Positions 8,970-20,529 are shown, counted from the first letter of the stretch. The stretch: 64,000 nucleotides of DNA from Candidatus Latescibacterota bacterium (GCA_965203175.1 OZ241867.1:4544001-4608000); one strand, 5' to 3'. Notes: generated by a model not told the origin, from the letters alone. Made by a program: numbers and translations.

Positions 8970-9445
8970 CGGTGCCGCTCCTTAAGGGCCCGGTCGACAT
9001 CGCGGTCGGCCTGGCGTTGGGCCAAAGCTCGGCGTTTGTCGAACTGCTTCTTGCCGCGGACCAGTGCCAATTCCACCTTGGCTCTGCCGCGCTTGAAGTA
9101 GATCTTCAGCGGCACCAAGGTAAGGCCCTGCTGTTGCGTCCTCCCCGTCAGCCTGCGGATTTCGCTGCGGTGCAAGAGCAATTTGCGCACGCGCTCTGGA
9201 TCGTGGTTGAAACTGTTACCTCGCTCGTATTGGGCAATATGGACATTGTGCAGGAAAATTTCTCCGCGTTCAACTAACGCGAAGCTATCCTTGAGGTTGG
9301 CGCGTCCAGCGCGCAGCGATTTGACCTCTGTGCCGCGCAAGACAATGCCGGTTTCATAGCGGCCCATCACCTCGTAGTCGTGCCGGGCTTTGCGGTTTTG
9401 CACGGCGATCAACTCTCTCTTGGTATCACTTTCCGTTTTGGCCAT
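8966..9445 (-). CDS. smpB: SsrA-binding protein
   Basis: [39 protein letters not shown]; ATG 9445. Confidence 0.97.
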   Translation of the reverse strand: MAKTESDTKRELIAVQNRKARHDYEVMGRYETGIVLRGTEVKSLRAGRANLKDSFALVERGEIFLHNVHIAQYERGNSFNHDPERVRKLLLHRSEIRRLTGRTQQQGLTLVPLKIYFKRGRAKVELALVRGKKQFDKRRALAQRQADRDVDRALKERHR

Positions 9446-9518
9446 AACCAGCCTATTTTCACGAAGGGAAACGGGCTTGACGGCTGCAAACCCTGCATTT
9501 AATTTGTGCTTTTCAATT

Positions 9519-9605
9519 GCCGAAGTGGCGAAATTGGTAGACGCGCATGGTTCAGGACCATGTGGGGGCAACCCCGTGGAGGTTCGAGTCCTCTCTTCGG
9601 CACCA
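9519..9605 (+). tRNA. tRNA-Leu(CAG)
   Basis: GCCGAAG acceptor, anticodon arm CATGG-TTCAGGA-CCATG, long variable arm, GGTTCGAGTCC, encoded CCA. Confidence 0.97.
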
Positions 9606-9725
9606 CTTTTCGCTTCTATTCCCTGACTGATTTAATCTACACGCCTCGTTCTAACCCGCGCAAGGGACTGCCTGCACACGCAGCAGCCCCTACCAAAATT
9701 ATACAACCCGCGAAAGGATGTCCCT

Positions 9726-10103
9726 ATGGCTCGCTTCCTGCACACTCGCATCCGCGTCAGCGATCTCGACCGCTCCATTGAGTGGTATTGCACTCACCTC
9801 GGCTTTGAGGTCCGGAGCCGCTCCGATAAATCGCCCGCTGGCAACCAAATTGTCCATCTCGAGCTACCCGGCAATGAACACACCCTAGAATTGACCTATT
9901 CCGCCGATTATCAGCTTGCCGTCCCCGAAGATCTCATGCACCTCGCGATCGCGGTTCCCGATTTGATCGGCTTTTGCGACACGTTGGAAAACAACGGGAT
10001 CGAAATATGGCCTGGCGATTGGCGCACGACCTTTCCCACCGGCCGCAAGATGGCCTTTATCGACGATCCCGACGGTTACGAGATCGAGCTACTCGAAGAT
10101 TGA
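9726..10103 (+). CDS. VOC/glyoxalase family protein
   Basis: FLHTRIRVSDLDRSIEWY, LELTY, HLAIAV, AFIDDPDGYEIEL. Confidence 0.92.
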   Translation: MARFLHTRIRVSDLDRSIEWYCTHLGFEVRSRSDKSPAGNQIVHLELPGNEHTLELTYSADYQLAVPEDLMHLAIAVPDLIGFCDTLENNGIEIWPGDWRTTFPTGRKMAFIDDPDGYEIELLED

Positions 10104-11548
10104 TTGGACTCTCCCTTGTCGCGCAAGTACTGCGGCAAGTAGGCGTCGATGAAGTCTCGCGCCGTCCGGCCTCCGACTAAATCGTGATTGTGTCGCATCC
10201 GCCAAACCTCGAAAGTGGCCAATAAATCTTCTTCTGGCAGGTCGATCCCTGCCCGACGCGCATAGGACAGAATCATGGCGCGATATTGCTGCCGGCTAGG
10301 CAGATCGAGGAAGACTTTGAGGGCAAAACGGTCGTCGAGCGCTCGCTCCTGATCGAGGCGTTGCAGTTGTTGAGGGTCGTAGAACTCGGCTTGAATACCT
10401 TGGTTGACTCGGTTGGGACGCTCGTCGTCTAGCTGCATCTGGCCGAGCCCTTGCGGACGCTCGCCCTCCCGATCGACTAAATCCTTGTAGTTGGAGGTCG
10501 CATAGAAAACCAAGTTGTCCGGGCATGCCTCGAGTCCTCCATCGAGCGTCCGCGAGAGCAGGTGCAGGCTGTTGTCGCCCCGGTCCAGAGAGACATTGTC
10601 CAGCACGCCCACAAAGCGCTGGCAACGCCCCCGGACGAGGGCAAAGAGATCGGGTAACAGATGGTAACAAGACGGGGCGATTTCGACGGCGCGCAGGCCG
10701 CGATCAAAGAACTTTCCCACTAAGGCCCGTATCAGCGTCGATTTGCCGCCGCCTCGCGGGCCCCAGATCAGCGCGTTGTGCGCCCGATAACCGGCGAGAA
10801 AATGACGCGTGTTTTCTTCAAGCACTTGGATTCTCGCTTCGTTGCCCTCCAGCCAGCCAAGGGGAAATTCCGCGAAGTGGCGGATGGGTTCCAAGCTGGG
10901 TTTGGCCCCCCTATCGACTAAGCGAAAGGCCGGGAATCGGCGCAGCGCACCCCGCCCGTACTCGCGTATCAAGCATCCGAGCACCTCAGCCAACTCAGCC
11001 CAATCCTCGCTGCGGGCAAAGCGATCTTTCAGTTGACCAACGGCTGCGGGTTCCACCCCATCCCCGGGCATGAAGGTCAAAGGGGCCGCGTCGCGGCCAA
11101 TCAGCCGTAGCCAAATCCCCCAAGGGGGGCGGGCCAAGACCGAGGCACTTTGCAAGTCGCGACACGCAACCTGGCGCAGTGCAGCGGGAACATCTGCTGG
11201 AGCCTGCTCTTCGCAAGCGCGCAAAAACGAGTGTTGGCCATCGAAAAGCCGGTTGAGTAACATCCCTTGTAAATCCGGAGTGCCACCACCCCAATCGCCG
11301 TTAAGTGCCGCCGCGAGAAGCGCCTCTGAACAACGCTGATGTTGCACGGCCAGTTCGTCCGCAGTGCGCTGGGCCTCTTTACCGGCCGCCAGCCTGTCGG
11401 CACACGCCTGCGCACAGCGCAGCAAGGAGCGCAACTGATCGATCTCGCTGGGCTCGAGCAGCCGACTGAAGGTGGAGAGCCGGTCCAAAGCCGCAAGCAT
11501 GGCTTCGACTTGGCCGGGTATTTGTAGCGTCTCTTCACTTCTTGTCAT
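10076..11548 (-). CDS. DUF815-like AAA+ ATPase with long N-terminal extension
   Basis: ENT..FLAG..AHNALIWGPRGGGKST, YATSN, DRFAL, GRTARDF. Start uncertain (ATG 11548 or GTG 11608). Confidence 0.82.
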   Translation of the reverse strand: MTRSEETLQIPGQVEAMLAALDRLSTFSRLLEPSEIDQLRSLLRCAQACADRLAAGKEAQRTADELAVQHQRCSEALLAAALNGDWGGGTPDLQGMLLNRLFDGQHSFLRACEEQAPADVPAALRQVACRDLQSASVLARPPWGIWLRLIGRDAAPLTFMPGDGVEPAAVGQLKDRFARSEDWAELAEVLGCLIREYGRGALRRFPAFRLVDRGAKPSLEPIRHFAEFPLGWLEGNEARIQVLEENTRHFLAGYRAHNALIWGPRGGGKSTLIRALVGKFFDRGLRAVEIAPSCYHLLPDLFALVRGRCQRFVGVLDNVSLDRGDNSLHLLSRTLDGGLEACPDNLVFYATSNYKDLVDREGERPQGLGQMQLDDERPNRVNQGIQAEFYDPQQLQRLDQERALDDRFALKVFLDLPSRQQYRAMILSYARRAGIDLPEEDLLATFEVWRMRHNHDLVGGRTARDFIDAYLPQYLRDKGESNQSSSSSIS

Positions 11549-11651
11549 CTCGATGCGCAACCTGTTGATCTGAGTAATACAATTCGCTTTAGATAGGGGT
11601 TGCCGCACGGCCGTAACTGCTTGGGGGGCAGCCGTTAGGAACGAAATAAAC

Positions 11652-11725
11652 TACCCCCGGGCGGATTCGAACCGCCGACCCACAGATTAGGAATCTGTTG
11701 CTCTATCCTGCTGAGCTACGGGGGT
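11652..11725 (-). tRNA. tRNA-Arg(CCT)
   Basis: Reverse complement ACCCCCGTAGCTCAGCAGGATAGAGCAACAGATTCCTAATCTGT...GGTTCGAATCC; no encoded CCA. Confidence 0.96.
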
Positions 11726-11798
11726 TATAGGAGGGACGCTATTCATATTATATCGCGAGAGACCCAAAGTCAAATGTCCATGTTTTTTATTGCATGTG

Positions 11799-11826
11799 TT
11801 GACACCAAATTAAACTGGCCTAATTT
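11799..11826 (+). promoter_or_regulatory. putative promoter of the act-cox operon
   Basis: TTGACA-16 nt-TAATTT; the -35 sits in the near-palindrome GTGTTGACAC. Confidence 0.5.
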
Positions 11827-11892
11827 ACAAGACTGTTTTGGCCTGAAGAGGTCAAGGCCAGCTTTCTACAACCTCAGCTAAACTAATAAAAC

Positions 11893-12549
11893 ATGGCTCA
11901 AGTATTTCCGCGCAGCGCTAACTGGGCTTCCAAAGCCAGCATCCTCGTTGGCCTCGTCCTAGTCGGCAGTATCCTCGCTATCGTACTCAACATCAATCGC
12001 ATTTACTTCGTCAATCAAGTCAACGTGCCTATCGATCAGCCCGTTCCCTTCAGCCATAAACACCACGTCACCGGCATGGGCATTGACTGCCGCTATTGTC
12101 ACACCACCGTCGAGGAGAGTGCCTTCGCCGGCATTCCCCCGACCGAAACCTGCATGACCTGCCACTCGCAGATCTGGACCGAAGCGCCCATCCTCGAACC
12201 CGTGCGCGCCAGTTTCCGCGACAACGTGCCCATCGAGTGGAACCGCGTCCACGACTTGCCCGACTTCGCCTATTTCAACCACAGCATCCACGTCAACCAA
12301 GGCATTGGCTGCCAGTCGTGCCACGGCCAAGTCGATCAAATGCCTCTGATGTGGAAAGCTGAATCGCTGAACATGGAGTGGTGCCTAGATTGCCACCGCG
12401 ATCCAGCCCAGTACATCCGCCCGCGCGACCAAGTTTTTAACATGAACTACCAGTATCCAGCCGACCAAGAAAATTTGGGTGCGCAACTCGTCGCCGAATA
12501 CGGCGTGCAGACCAGCCAACTCACCAACTGCTCTATCTGCCACCGCTAA
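11893..12549 (+). CDS. actA: alternative complex III pentaheme cytochrome c subunit
   Basis: N-terminal TM; five CxxCH (CRYCH, CMTCH, CQSCH, CLDCH, CSICH); QPVPFSHKHH. Confidence 0.95.
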   Translation: MAQVFPRSANWASKASILVGLVLVGSILAIVLNINRIYFVNQVNVPIDQPVPFSHKHHVTGMGIDCRYCHTTVEESAFAGIPPTETCMTCHSQIWTEAPILEPVRASFRDNVPIEWNRVHDLPDFAYFNHSIHVNQGIGCQSCHGQVDQMPLMWKAESLNMEWCLDCHRDPAQYIRPRDQVFNMNYQYPADQENLGAQLVAEYGVQTSQLTNCSICHR

Positions 12550-12550
12550 C

Positions 12551-15535
12551 ATGGAAACTAGAAAAAACATCGATCTCTCGGCCATCCGCGCCCGCCTTGA
12601 AGCCGCCCAAGGCCAAGAGTACTGGCGCAGCTTGGACCAATTGGCCCAGACTGAAGAATTCGCCGCCATGGTCCAGCGCGAGTTTCCCGAGCAAGCTGCC
12701 GAGTTGAAGGATCCGGTAAGTCGGCGGAATTTTCTCAAGCTCATGAGCGCATCGCTGGCATTGGGTGGGCTTTCAAGCTGTACGATTCAGCCTAGCGAAA
12801 AAATAGTCCCCCAGGTCCGAGCGCCCGAAAACGTCATCCCCGGTAAGCCGCAGTACTTTGCCTCCGCCACCTCGCTCGGCGGTATTGGCATGGGTATCCT
12901 GGTCGAGAGCCACATGGGGCGACCGACCAAAATTGAGGGCAATCCCGAGCATCCCTCCGGCAGCCGCGGCTCGAATGCGCTCGTACAGGCTTCGATTCTC
13001 GACCTCTACGATCCCGACCGGTCACAAACGGTCAAAAACGCCGGTCGCATCAGCGCTTGGAGCATCTTCCTAGCCGATCTGACGCAGCGGCTGAGTTTGC
13101 ACGAATCCAACGGCGGCGCTGGCCTGCGCATCCTGACTCAGACGGTAACTTCTCCAACCCTCGGGCACCAGTTGCAGGCCCTGCGGGATAAATTTTCCCA
13201 AGCCCAGTGGCACCAGTACGAACCGGTCAATCGCGACAACGCCCGTGCCGGGGCCCAAATGGCGTTTGGCGAGCCGGTGCATGCGTTTTACGACGTAGCC
13301 AAAGCCAAGGTCATTCTATCGCTGGATGCGGATTTTACCTACAGTGGTGCTGGCAATGTCCGCCACGCTCGGGATTTCGCGGCCGGTCGCAGGGTCCGCA
13401 ACGGCTCCAAGGCCAGCAATCGGCTCTATGCGGTCGAAAGCAGTCCAACGGCCACGGGCAGCATAGCCGATCACCGCTTGGCATTGGGCACGGCGCACAT
13501 CGAAGCCTTGGCCTTGAAGGTGGCCCAAGGGCTTGGCATCGGCTGGGAGGGGCCGAGCGTTCCCTCTGACTTCTCCGCCCATGACGCCTGGATTGCAGCC
13601 CTAGTCGACGACCTAAAGTCCCACCCTGGCCAAAGCCTCGTACTCGCTGGTGACCAGCAAGCCCCAGCCGTACACGCTTTGGCCCACGCGATCAACCACG
13701 CCCTAGGCAATGCGGGCACAACCGTACACTACACCGAACCTCTCGAAGTCGAGTCGGTTGACCAGCACGAGTCGCTATCCGGGCTAGTAGCCGACATGAA
13801 CGCCGGTCGAGTCGAGTCCCTGTTCATCCTCGGCGGCAATCCGGTGTACGACGCGCCTGTGGATCTCGACTTTGCCTCGGCGCTCGACAAAGTCGGCTAC
13901 CGCGTCCACCTCGGCCTGTACGACAACGAAACGTCAGAACTCTGCCACTGGCACATTCCGGAATCGCACTTCCTCGAAGCTTGGAGCGACACCCGCACCC
14001 ACGACGGCCTCGCCACGATCGTCCAGCCGCTGATTCGTCCGCTCTACAAGAGCAAATCAGCCCACGACCTCTTGGCGGTGCTCACCGGCCAGCCCGGGGT
14101 CCCCGATCTCGACATCGTGCGCCAGTACTGGGAGAGCCAAGGCCTAGATGCGATTGCTTGGCGCCGCGCACTGCACGATGGCTTCGTCGAGGGCACGCGC
14201 CCCGAAGCCCAGTCCGTGGAGCTAGGCACTCTGCAGTTGCCGATAACGACCGGAAACCTTCCCGAGGAAGAAGATCTCGAAATCCACTTTCGGCCCGATC
14301 CCATGGTGTGGGACGGCCGCTTTGCCAATAACGCTTGGCTACAGGAAACCCCAAAACCCATCACGAAGCTCACTTGGGACAACGCCGCCCTCGTCAGCCC
14401 AGCCACGGCCGAGCGCCTGCGACTCGAGAGCGAATTCCTCGCCGAACTGCGCTTTGATGGGCGTGCGATCAATGCAGCGGTTTGGGTCGTGCCCGGCCAA
14501 GCCGACGGCGTCGTCACCCTGCACTTGGGCTACGGCCAACAGCGCAGTGGCCGCATCGGGCGCGATAAGGGATTTAACGCCTATGCCCTGCGTCCTACGG
14601 CGGCTTTGTGGAGCGGCGTCGGCCTACAGGTCAACGCCTCTTACGACGGCTATCGCCTCGCCTGCACCCAAGATCATCACAGCATGGAGGGCCGCAACTT
14701 TGTACGGCAAGCTTCGTTGGACTACTACCAATCACATCCGCACTTTGCCCACGAGGGGGCCCACGATCCGCCCGATGACTTGACTTTGCACAACCGCACG
14801 GATCACCAGTACACGGGCTATGCCTGGGGTATGGTCATCGATTTAGGGGCCTGCATCGGCTGCAATACGTGTGCTATGGCCTGCCAGGCCGAAAACAACA
14901 TCCCCATCGTCGGCAAGGACGAAGTCCTCAACGGCCGCGAAATGTCTTGGGTGCGCGTCGATCGCTACTACAAAGGCTCGGAGTACAACCCCGACGAGAT
15001 CGTGCACCAACCCGTGCCCTGCATGCAGTGCGAAAACGCTCCTTGCGAGTTGGTCTGTCCAGTCGCAGCGACGACGCACAGTGACGAAGGTCTCAACGAC
15101 ATGACCTACAATCGCTGCGTCGGCACCCGCTACTGCGCCAACAACTGCCCCTACAAAGTGCGGCGCTTCAACTTCCTCCAATACGCCGACCGCGATACCG
15201 AGAGCTTAAAACTACAGCGCAACCCAGATGTCACCACGCGCTCCCGCGGTGTAATGGAAAAATGCACGTACTGCGTCCAGCGCATCAATCAAGCGCGGAT
15301 TGAGGCCAAAAAGGCCAATCGCACCATAGGCGATGGCGAAATCGTCACCGCCTGTGAACAGGCCTGCCCCACCGAAGCCATCGTCTTCGGGGACATCAAC
15401 GATCCCAATAGCCGGGTTTCCGCCCTCAAGGCATCGCCGCTCAACTACGGCATTCTCACTGAGTTGAACACGCGCCCCCGCACTACGTACTTAGCAAGCA
15501 TCAAAAACCCGAATCCCAAGATTGCCGAGGCTTGA
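12551..15535 (+). CDS. actB: alternative complex III subunit B (molybdopterin-oxidoreductase-like + Fe-S)
   Basis: YWRSL..L leader, TAT SRRNFLK with lipobox [18 protein letters not shown]-terminal CIGCNTC, CMQC..PC..VCP, CVGTRYC..NCPY, KCTYC. Confidence 0.95.
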   Translation: METRKNIDLSAIRARLEAAQGQEYWRSLDQLAQTEEFAAMVQREFPEQAAELKDPVSRRNFLKLMSASLALGGLSSCTIQPSEKIVPQVRAPENVIPGKPQYFASATSLGGIGMGILVESHMGRPTKIEGNPEHPSGSRGSNALVQASILDLYDPDRSQTVKNAGRISAWSIFLADLTQRLSLHESNGGAGLRILTQTVTSPTLGHQLQALRDKFSQAQWHQYEPVNRDNARAGAQMAFGEPVHAFYDVAKAKVILSLDADFTYSGAGNVRHARDFAAGRRVRNGSKASNRLYAVESSPTATGSIADHRLALGTAHIEALALKVAQGLGIGWEGPSVPSDFSAHDAWIAALVDDLKSHPGQSLVLAGDQQAPAVHALAHAINHALGNAGTTVHYTEPLEVESVDQHESLSGLVADMNAGRVESLFILGGNPVYDAPVDLDFASALDKVGYRVHLGLYDNETSELCHWHIPESHFLEAWSDTRTHDGLATIVQPLIRPLYKSKSAHDLLAVLTGQPGVPDLDIVRQYWESQGLDAIAWRRALHDGFVEGTRPEAQSVELGTLQLPITTGNLPEEEDLEIHFRPDPMVWDGRFANNAWLQETPKPITKLTWDNAALVSPATAERLRLESEFLAELRFDGRAINAAVWVVPGQADGVVTLHLGYGQQRSGRIGRDKGFNAYALRPTAALWSGVGLQVNASYDGYRLACTQDHHSMEGRNFVRQASLDYYQSHPHFAHEGAHDPPDDLTLHNRTDHQYTGYAWGMVIDLGACIGCNTCAMACQAENNIPIVGKDEVLNGREMSWVRVDRYYKGSEYNPDEIVHQPVPCMQCENAPCELVCPVAATTHSDEGLNDMTYNRCVGTRYCANNCPYKVRRFNFLQYADRDTESLKLQRNPDVTTRSRGVMEKCTYCVQRINQARIEAKKANRTIGDGEIVTACEQACPTEAIVFGDINDPNSRVSALKASPLNYGILTELNTRPRTTYLASIKNPNPKIAEA

Positions 15536-15537
15536 GC

Positions 15538-16911
15538 ATGTCCGAAGCTGCGAAAACGCCGTATCGCCCCCCAGTATCGGAACTAGGCCCGGGCCAGACC
15601 TCGCACACCTCGATCACCGACAAGATCAGTGGGATCGTCCTGACCAAAAACACCCCACTGGCGTGGTTCTGCTGCTTTGCTTTGGGCTTTCTGCTGCTGC
15701 ACGGGTTCATGATAGGCGTTCCTTACCTGCTCTTTGAGGGCGTGGGCATCTGGGGCATCAACAACCCCATAGGCTGGGGTTGGGCCATTATCAATTTTGT
15801 CTGGTGGATCGGTATCGGCCACGCCGGCACCCTGATCTCGGCGATTCTACTACTGTTTCGGCAACGGTGGCGTACCTCGATCAACCGCGCGGCAGAAGCC
15901 ATGACCATCTTTGCTGTGCTCTGCGCCGCGCAGTTTCCGCTCTTCCACACGGGGCGGCCCTGGCTGGCTTGCTACTGGCTGTTACCCTATCCCAACTCCA
16001 TGGACATCTGGCCGCAGTTCCGCAGCCCGCTGATCTGGGATGTCTTCGCGGTCTCTACGTATTTGACAGTGTCTCTGGTCTTTTGGTTTGTCGGCTTAGT
16101 TCCAGACTTAGCAAGCCTGCGCGACCGCGCTAAAAACCGCATCGCCCAAGTCATCTACGGCGTGCTGGCACTCGGTTGGCGCGGTTCGGCCATTCACTGG
16201 GAGCGCTACGAAATGGCGTCCCTCCTGCTGGCCGGCCTCTCTACACCCCTCGTGCTTTCTGTCCACAGCGTCGTCAGTCTCGATTTTGCCGTAGGGCTTA
16301 TCCCCGGATGGCACACGACCATATTCCCTCCCTATTTCGTCGCCGGGGCGATCTATGCGGGCTTCGCCATGGTGCTGACCTTGATGATCCCCATGCGCCT
16401 TATCTATGGCTTAGACGACTTCATAACCGAGCGCCATCTAAACAACATGGCCAAAGTCATGTTGGCTTCCGGGCTAATTGTGGGATATGGTTATTTCATG
16501 GAGCAACTCATCGCCTGGTACAGTGCCAGTGTCTTTGAGGGCTTTATGATGCAAAACCGCATGCACGGCCCATACGGCCCCTACTACTGGGCCTTGATCC
16601 TCTGCAACATAGTCGTGCCGCAGCTCCTGTGGTTTAGACACTTCCGCACGAGCATGTTCTGGCTGTTTTTCATTTCCCAGTTCATCAACGTCGGCATGTG
16701 GCTGGAGCGCTTTGTCATCGTCGTCACGAGCCTACACCGGGATTTTATGCCCTCTTCTTGGGACATGTTTCATCCGACGATTTGGGACATCGCCATCTAC
16801 GCGGGTACCATCGGCCTGTTCATCGTCCTGTTTTTTCTATTCGTCCGCGGCCTACCGATGATTTCCATCCACGAGATCCGCAATCTGCTGGTCTCCGGAG
16901 ACCACAAGTGA
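15538..16911 (+). CDS. actC: alternative complex III subunit C (NrfD family quinol-binding)
   Basis: [48 protein letters not shown]. Confidence 0.95.
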   Translation: MSEAAKTPYRPPVSELGPGQTSHTSITDKISGIVLTKNTPLAWFCCFALGFLLLHGFMIGVPYLLFEGVGIWGINNPIGWGWAIINFVWWIGIGHAGTLISAILLLFRQRWRTSINRAAEAMTIFAVLCAAQFPLFHTGRPWLACYWLLPYPNSMDIWPQFRSPLIWDVFAVSTYLTVSLVFWFVGLVPDLASLRDRAKNRIAQVIYGVLALGWRGSAIHWERYEMASLLLAGLSTPLVLSVHSVVSLDFAVGLIPGWHTTIFPPYFVAGAIYAGFAMVLTLMIPMRLIYGLDDFITERHLNNMAKVMLASGLIVGYGYFMEQLIAWYSASVFEGFMMQNRMHGPYGPYYWALILCNIVVPQLLWFRHFRTSMFWLFFISQFINVGMWLERFVIVVTSLHRDFMPSSWDMFHPTIWDIAIYAGTIGLFIVLFFLFVRGLPMISIHEIRNLLVSGDHK

Positions 16912-16923
16912 GCCATTGAACTT

Positions 16924-17469
16924 ATGCAGCAGCACGAAGAATCAACGCACTACGGCCTGCTGGCCGAATTTGAATCTCCCGACGACTTGCTGACCGCGGC
17001 CAAGGAGACCTTTGCCGCTGGCTATCGCAAGATCGACGCCTATTCGCCCATGCCCGTCCACGGCTTGGGCGAGGCCATCGGCTTTCCTCGCACTAGGTTA
17101 CCCTGGCTGGTTTTCGCTTTTGGCCTACTTGGTGCCATCACGGGCTACTCCCTGTGCTATTGGGTCTCAGCCATCGACTATCCGCTCAATATCGCCGGCA
17201 AACCCTTGCACAGCGGGCCGATGTTCATCCCGGTAACCTTTGAGTTGACCATTCTCTTTGCCGCGCTCAGTTCGGCCTTTGGCATGTTCATCGCCAACGG
17301 ATTGCCCCAGCCCTATCACCCAGTTTTCAACGCGCCCAATTTCGCCCGCGCCAGCCAAGATCGCTTCTTTCTCAGCATCGAGGCCGAAGATCCTCAGTTC
17401 GACCGAGAAAAAACCGAGGAATTTCTGCGCGGCCTGAATCCGCATGAGGTTGTCGAAGTTGAAAAGTGA
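16924..17469 (+). CDS. actD: alternative complex III subunit D (DUF3341)
   Basis: AEF..PDDLL.AA, DAYSPMPVHGL, FIPVTFELTILFAA. Confidence 0.93.
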   Translation: MQQHEESTHYGLLAEFESPDDLLTAAKETFAAGYRKIDAYSPMPVHGLGEAIGFPRTRLPWLVFAFGLLGAITGYSLCYWVSAIDYPLNIAGKPLHSGPMFIPVTFELTILFAALSSAFGMFIANGLPQPYHPVFNAPNFARASQDRFFLSIEAEDPQFDREKTEEFLRGLNPHEVVEVEK

Positions 17470-17470
17470 A

Positions 17471-18055
17471 ATGACCATCGCCAAGCGACGGCTGGCTGCC
17501 TTATTGGGAGCGGTGCTGTTGCTGATTGGTACCGCCGGTTGCGAACTGCGGCAGGCCATGTACGACCAAGAAAAATACGAGCCGCTAGAAGCCTCGACGT
17601 TCTTCGCCGACGGCATGTCTTTCCGCTCGCAGGTTGACGGCACCGTGGCGCGGGGCCAATTGATGCTCGACGAGCACTTCTACCAAGGGAAAATACAAGG
17701 CCAACTCGCGGAGACCCTGCCGGTGGCCGTTGACCGCCAGTTGCTAGAGCGCGGCCAAGAGCGCTACAACATTTTTTGCGCCCCCTGCCACGGCAGGACC
17801 GGAGCGGGCAACGGCATGATCGTCCAGCGCGGGCTCAAACAGCCACCAACCTATCATCAACAGCGGCTGCGCGAGATGCCCGTCGGTCACTTTTACGATG
17901 TCATTACCAATGGCTTTGGCGTCATGTACAGCTATGCCTCCCGCATTTCCGTGGCCGACCGCTGGGCCATAGTCGCTTATATCAAGGTGTTACAGCTAAG
18001 CCAGAACCTCGAATTCGACCAATTGCCGGCCGAGGACCAAAGGCAACTTCAATGA
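17471..18055 (+). CDS. actE: alternative complex III monoheme cytochrome c lipoprotein
   Basis: Lipobox TAGC, MYDQ.KY.PLE.S.FF.DG, single CAPCH. Confidence 0.93.
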   Translation: MTIAKRRLAALLGAVLLLIGTAGCELRQAMYDQEKYEPLEASTFFADGMSFRSQVDGTVARGQLMLDEHFYQGKIQGQLAETLPVAVDRQLLERGQERYNIFCAPCHGRTGAGNGMIVQRGLKQPPTYHQQRLREMPVGHFYDVITNGFGVMYSYASRISVADRWAIVAYIKVLQLSQNLEFDQLPAEDQRQLQ

Positions 18056-19287
18056 ACGAGTCGATTACCCAACAGTCCGCCGCCCTGCACCCCTATTTAG
18101 ATAACCTCCAGCGCTACGCGCTAGTCGTGGGCTTGGTCGGTTTGGCCGCCACTGCGGTCGGCTACTTCATGGACGTGGAGCAGTTCTTCCGCTCTTATTT
18201 GCTGGCCTTTACCTTCTGGATCGGCCTGCCCTTGGGCAGCTTGGGCATCCTCATGATCCACCACGTCGGCGGTGGCACTTGGGGATTTTCGATCCGGCGG
18301 CTGCTCGAAGCCGGGACTCGCACCCTGCCGCTGCTGTTTGTGCTGTCGCTGCCGATCCTCTTCTTCGGCTTGCACAGCCTTTACGAGTGGGCTAACCCGG
18401 AAGTCGTGCAAAAAGACAGCATCATCCAAAAAAAAGTCCCCTTTCTCACCGAGCCGTGGTTTATCGCGCGCACTGTGCTCTACTTCGCCATTTGGGGACT
18501 GTTCGCCTTCTTGCTCAACCGCTGGTCACTGCAGCAGGACCAGACGACGGAGACGCATCCGACCCATCGCATGCAGATCCTGAGCGGTCCGGGCATCGTC
18601 ATTTTCTTTCTTACCGCGACGCTAGCTTCTATTGATTGGCTAATGTCGCTTGAGCCGCATTGGTTTTCGACGATCTTCGGCGTCATCTACATCATAGGCA
18701 TGGCGCTGATGACCTGGGGGTTCATGTACCTCATCGCCGTCCCCCTCTCGCGGCGGGAACCTCTACAGGGCGTAATTACAGAGCAGCACCTGCGCGACTT
18801 GGGTACCTTTATGCTAGCCTGCGTCATGCTCTGGGCATATACCTCGTTTTCCCAGTTGCTCATCATCTGGTCGGCTAATTTGCCCGAGGAAATTACTTGG
18901 TACATAACCCGTTTGGAGGGCGGCTGGCAATACGTCGGCTACGGGCTGTTGGTGTTTCACTTTGCCGTCCCCTTTCTGTTCCTCATATCCAGCACTATGA
19001 AGTCCAAAACCAAGCTACTCGCCACCATTGCCGCCGGCTTGATCTTCATGCGCTTGGTCGATTTGTACTGGATCACGGCACCGACCTTCACCAAGGTCCA
19101 CGCCGAAAAGGGACCGAGCTTCCACAGCACTGGGTTCACTCTACATTGGCTCGACCTAGCCATTCCAATAGGAATCGGCGGCATCGTCCTTGCGCTTTTC
19201 TTCGCGCAGTTAAAAAAGCGCACCTTGATCGCGCAAAACGATCCCCGCTTTGCAGACCTTTATAGCGGCGAAAGCAATCATGGCTGA
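18052..19287 (+). CDS. actF: alternative complex III subunit F
   Basis: Multi-TM; DWLMSLEPHWFSTIFG, WAYTSFSQLLIIWSANLPEE; ATGA overlap with actE. Confidence 0.93.
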   Translation: MNESITQQSAALHPYLDNLQRYALVVGLVGLAATAVGYFMDVEQFFRSYLLAFTFWIGLPLGSLGILMIHHVGGGTWGFSIRRLLEAGTRTLPLLFVLSLPILFFGLHSLYEWANPEVVQKDSIIQKKVPFLTEPWFIARTVLYFAIWGLFAFLLNRWSLQQDQTTETHPTHRMQILSGPGIVIFFLTATLASIDWLMSLEPHWFSTIFGVIYIIGMALMTWGFMYLIAVPLSRREPLQGVITEQHLRDLGTFMLACVMLWAYTSFSQLLIIWSANLPEEITWYITRLEGGWQYVGYGLLVFHFAVPFLFLISSTMKSKTKLLATIAAGLIFMRLVDLYWITAPTFTKVHAEKGPSFHSTGFTLHWLDLAIPIGIGGIVLALFFAQLKKRTLIAQNDPRFADLYSGESNHG

Positions 19288-19675
19288 ACAAGCACACGAC
19301 CAAAGCAACTCCGGCTACGAGACGACGGACGCGCAAGTAAAGCCGCTGGCACAGACCGGCGTCTTCCTTACCGTGTTAGTCATCGCTTCCTTTATTGCCA
19401 TGATCGTCTTATTCAGGGGTCTTGCCTATTACCAGGAGCTCTTTGACGATCCAGTTCCGCCGCTCGTCGAGAATCGCATTGCCAGCGACGCACCGAGGCT
19501 ACAGGTGGACCCGCCAAAGCAAAAGTTTGAGTTGGCCCAAAGCGAAGCCGCGATCCTCAACTCCTACGGCTGGATCGACGAACAAGTGAAGGTAGTCCAC
19601 ATTCCCATCGAGCGAGCAATTGATCTGGTGAGCGAGGGCAAAATGCCGCTCATCGCTCCGCCAGCAACACCATGA
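19280..19675 (+). CDS. actG: alternative complex III subunit G-like
   Basis: GYETTD, single TM, PRLQ, LNSYGWIDE...HIPIERAI; position between actF and SCO. Confidence 0.8.
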   Translation: MAEQAHDQSNSGYETTDAQVKPLAQTGVFLTVLVIASFIAMIVLFRGLAYYQELFDDPVPPLVENRIASDAPRLQVDPPKQKFELAQSEAAILNSYGWIDEQVKVVHIPIERAIDLVSEGKMPLIAPPATP

Positions 19676-20511
19676 GCAGACCTACAACGACATTCGCTCG
19701 CAGCGCGATCTTTTCGGCATTAACTCTGCCGCTTTTGCTAGCCGGCCAGACCCGGGCGCAAAGCTATACCCAGCAGCTACAAAAGAGCATCGGCATCGAC
19801 CAAAAATTGGGCGACCAGATTCCCTTGGATCTCGAATTCACCGACTCCAATGGCAAGCGCACTGCGCTGCGCCAATACTTCGGCCAAAAGCCCATCGTAC
19901 TCACCTTGGTGTACTACGAGTGCCCCATGCTCTGCACCCAAGTGCTGAATAGTCTCTTGCGGGCAATGAATGTGCTGAGTTTTGGCATTGGCACGGATTT
20001 CGACGTCTTGACCATCAGCGTCGATCCCGGGGAAACTCCGGAGTTGGCCGCAGCCAAAAAGGCCGAGTACAGCAAAAACTACCGCGGCCGCGATGGTTCT
20101 ACGGGTTGGCATTTTCTCACCGGCGAGGAAGACCAGATCGAGCAACTGGCCTCAGCCGTCGGCTTTCGTTACGAATACGATGAAGATACCGACCAGTACA
20201 TTCACGCTAGCGGCTTGATGGTGCTGACGCCGGACGGCAAACTGGCGCGCTATTTATACGGCATTGACTACCCTCCGCGCGACTTGCGCTGGGGCCTCGT
20301 CGAAGCAGCCGACGGTGCCATCGGCAATCCAGTTGACCAGCTCCTACTGCTCTGCTATAGCTACGACCCAATGACCGGCAAATACGGTCTCTACATCCGC
20401 AATTCTCTGCGCATCGGGGGGTTGATTACTGTGCTCGCTCTCGTTGGTTTTATCATCGCAATGCTCAAGCGGGATCGCCGCAACAACCTGCACCAGCCTC
20501 AGCTCAACTAG
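19672..20511 (+). CDS. SCO family copper chaperone
   Basis: YYECPMLC (CxxxC), WHFLTG, H.SG, C-terminal TM. Confidence 0.93.
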   Translation: MSRPTTTFARSAIFSALTLPLLLAGQTRAQSYTQQLQKSIGIDQKLGDQIPLDLEFTDSNGKRTALRQYFGQKPIVLTLVYYECPMLCTQVLNSLLRAMNVLSFGIGTDFDVLTISVDPGETPELAAAKKAEYSKNYRGRDGSTGWHFLTGEEDQIEQLASAVGFRYEYDEDTDQYIHASGLMVLTPDGKLARYLYGIDYPPRDLRWGLVEAADGAIGNPVDQLLLLCYSYDPMTGKYGLYIRNSLRIGGLITVLALVGFIIAMLKRDRRNNLHQPQLN

Positions 20512-20529
20512 TTCGGAGCCTTGAACCGC

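Noticed and set aside
9446-9571. N-terminal extension of the smpB ORF
   Set aside because: It overlaps tRNA-Leu; SmpB motifs begin after ATG 9445.
9519-11725. tRNA-integrated genomic island
   Set aside because: No integrase and no duplicated tRNA 3' end seen; the same holds at tRNA-Lys and tRNA-Tyr.
17776-18051. Long 5' extension of actF; similar extensions on yihY, SDR (to 46313), DHH and the 52342 ORF
   Set aside because: They overlap bona fide neighbouring genes, and better starts with coupling or SD exist downstream.
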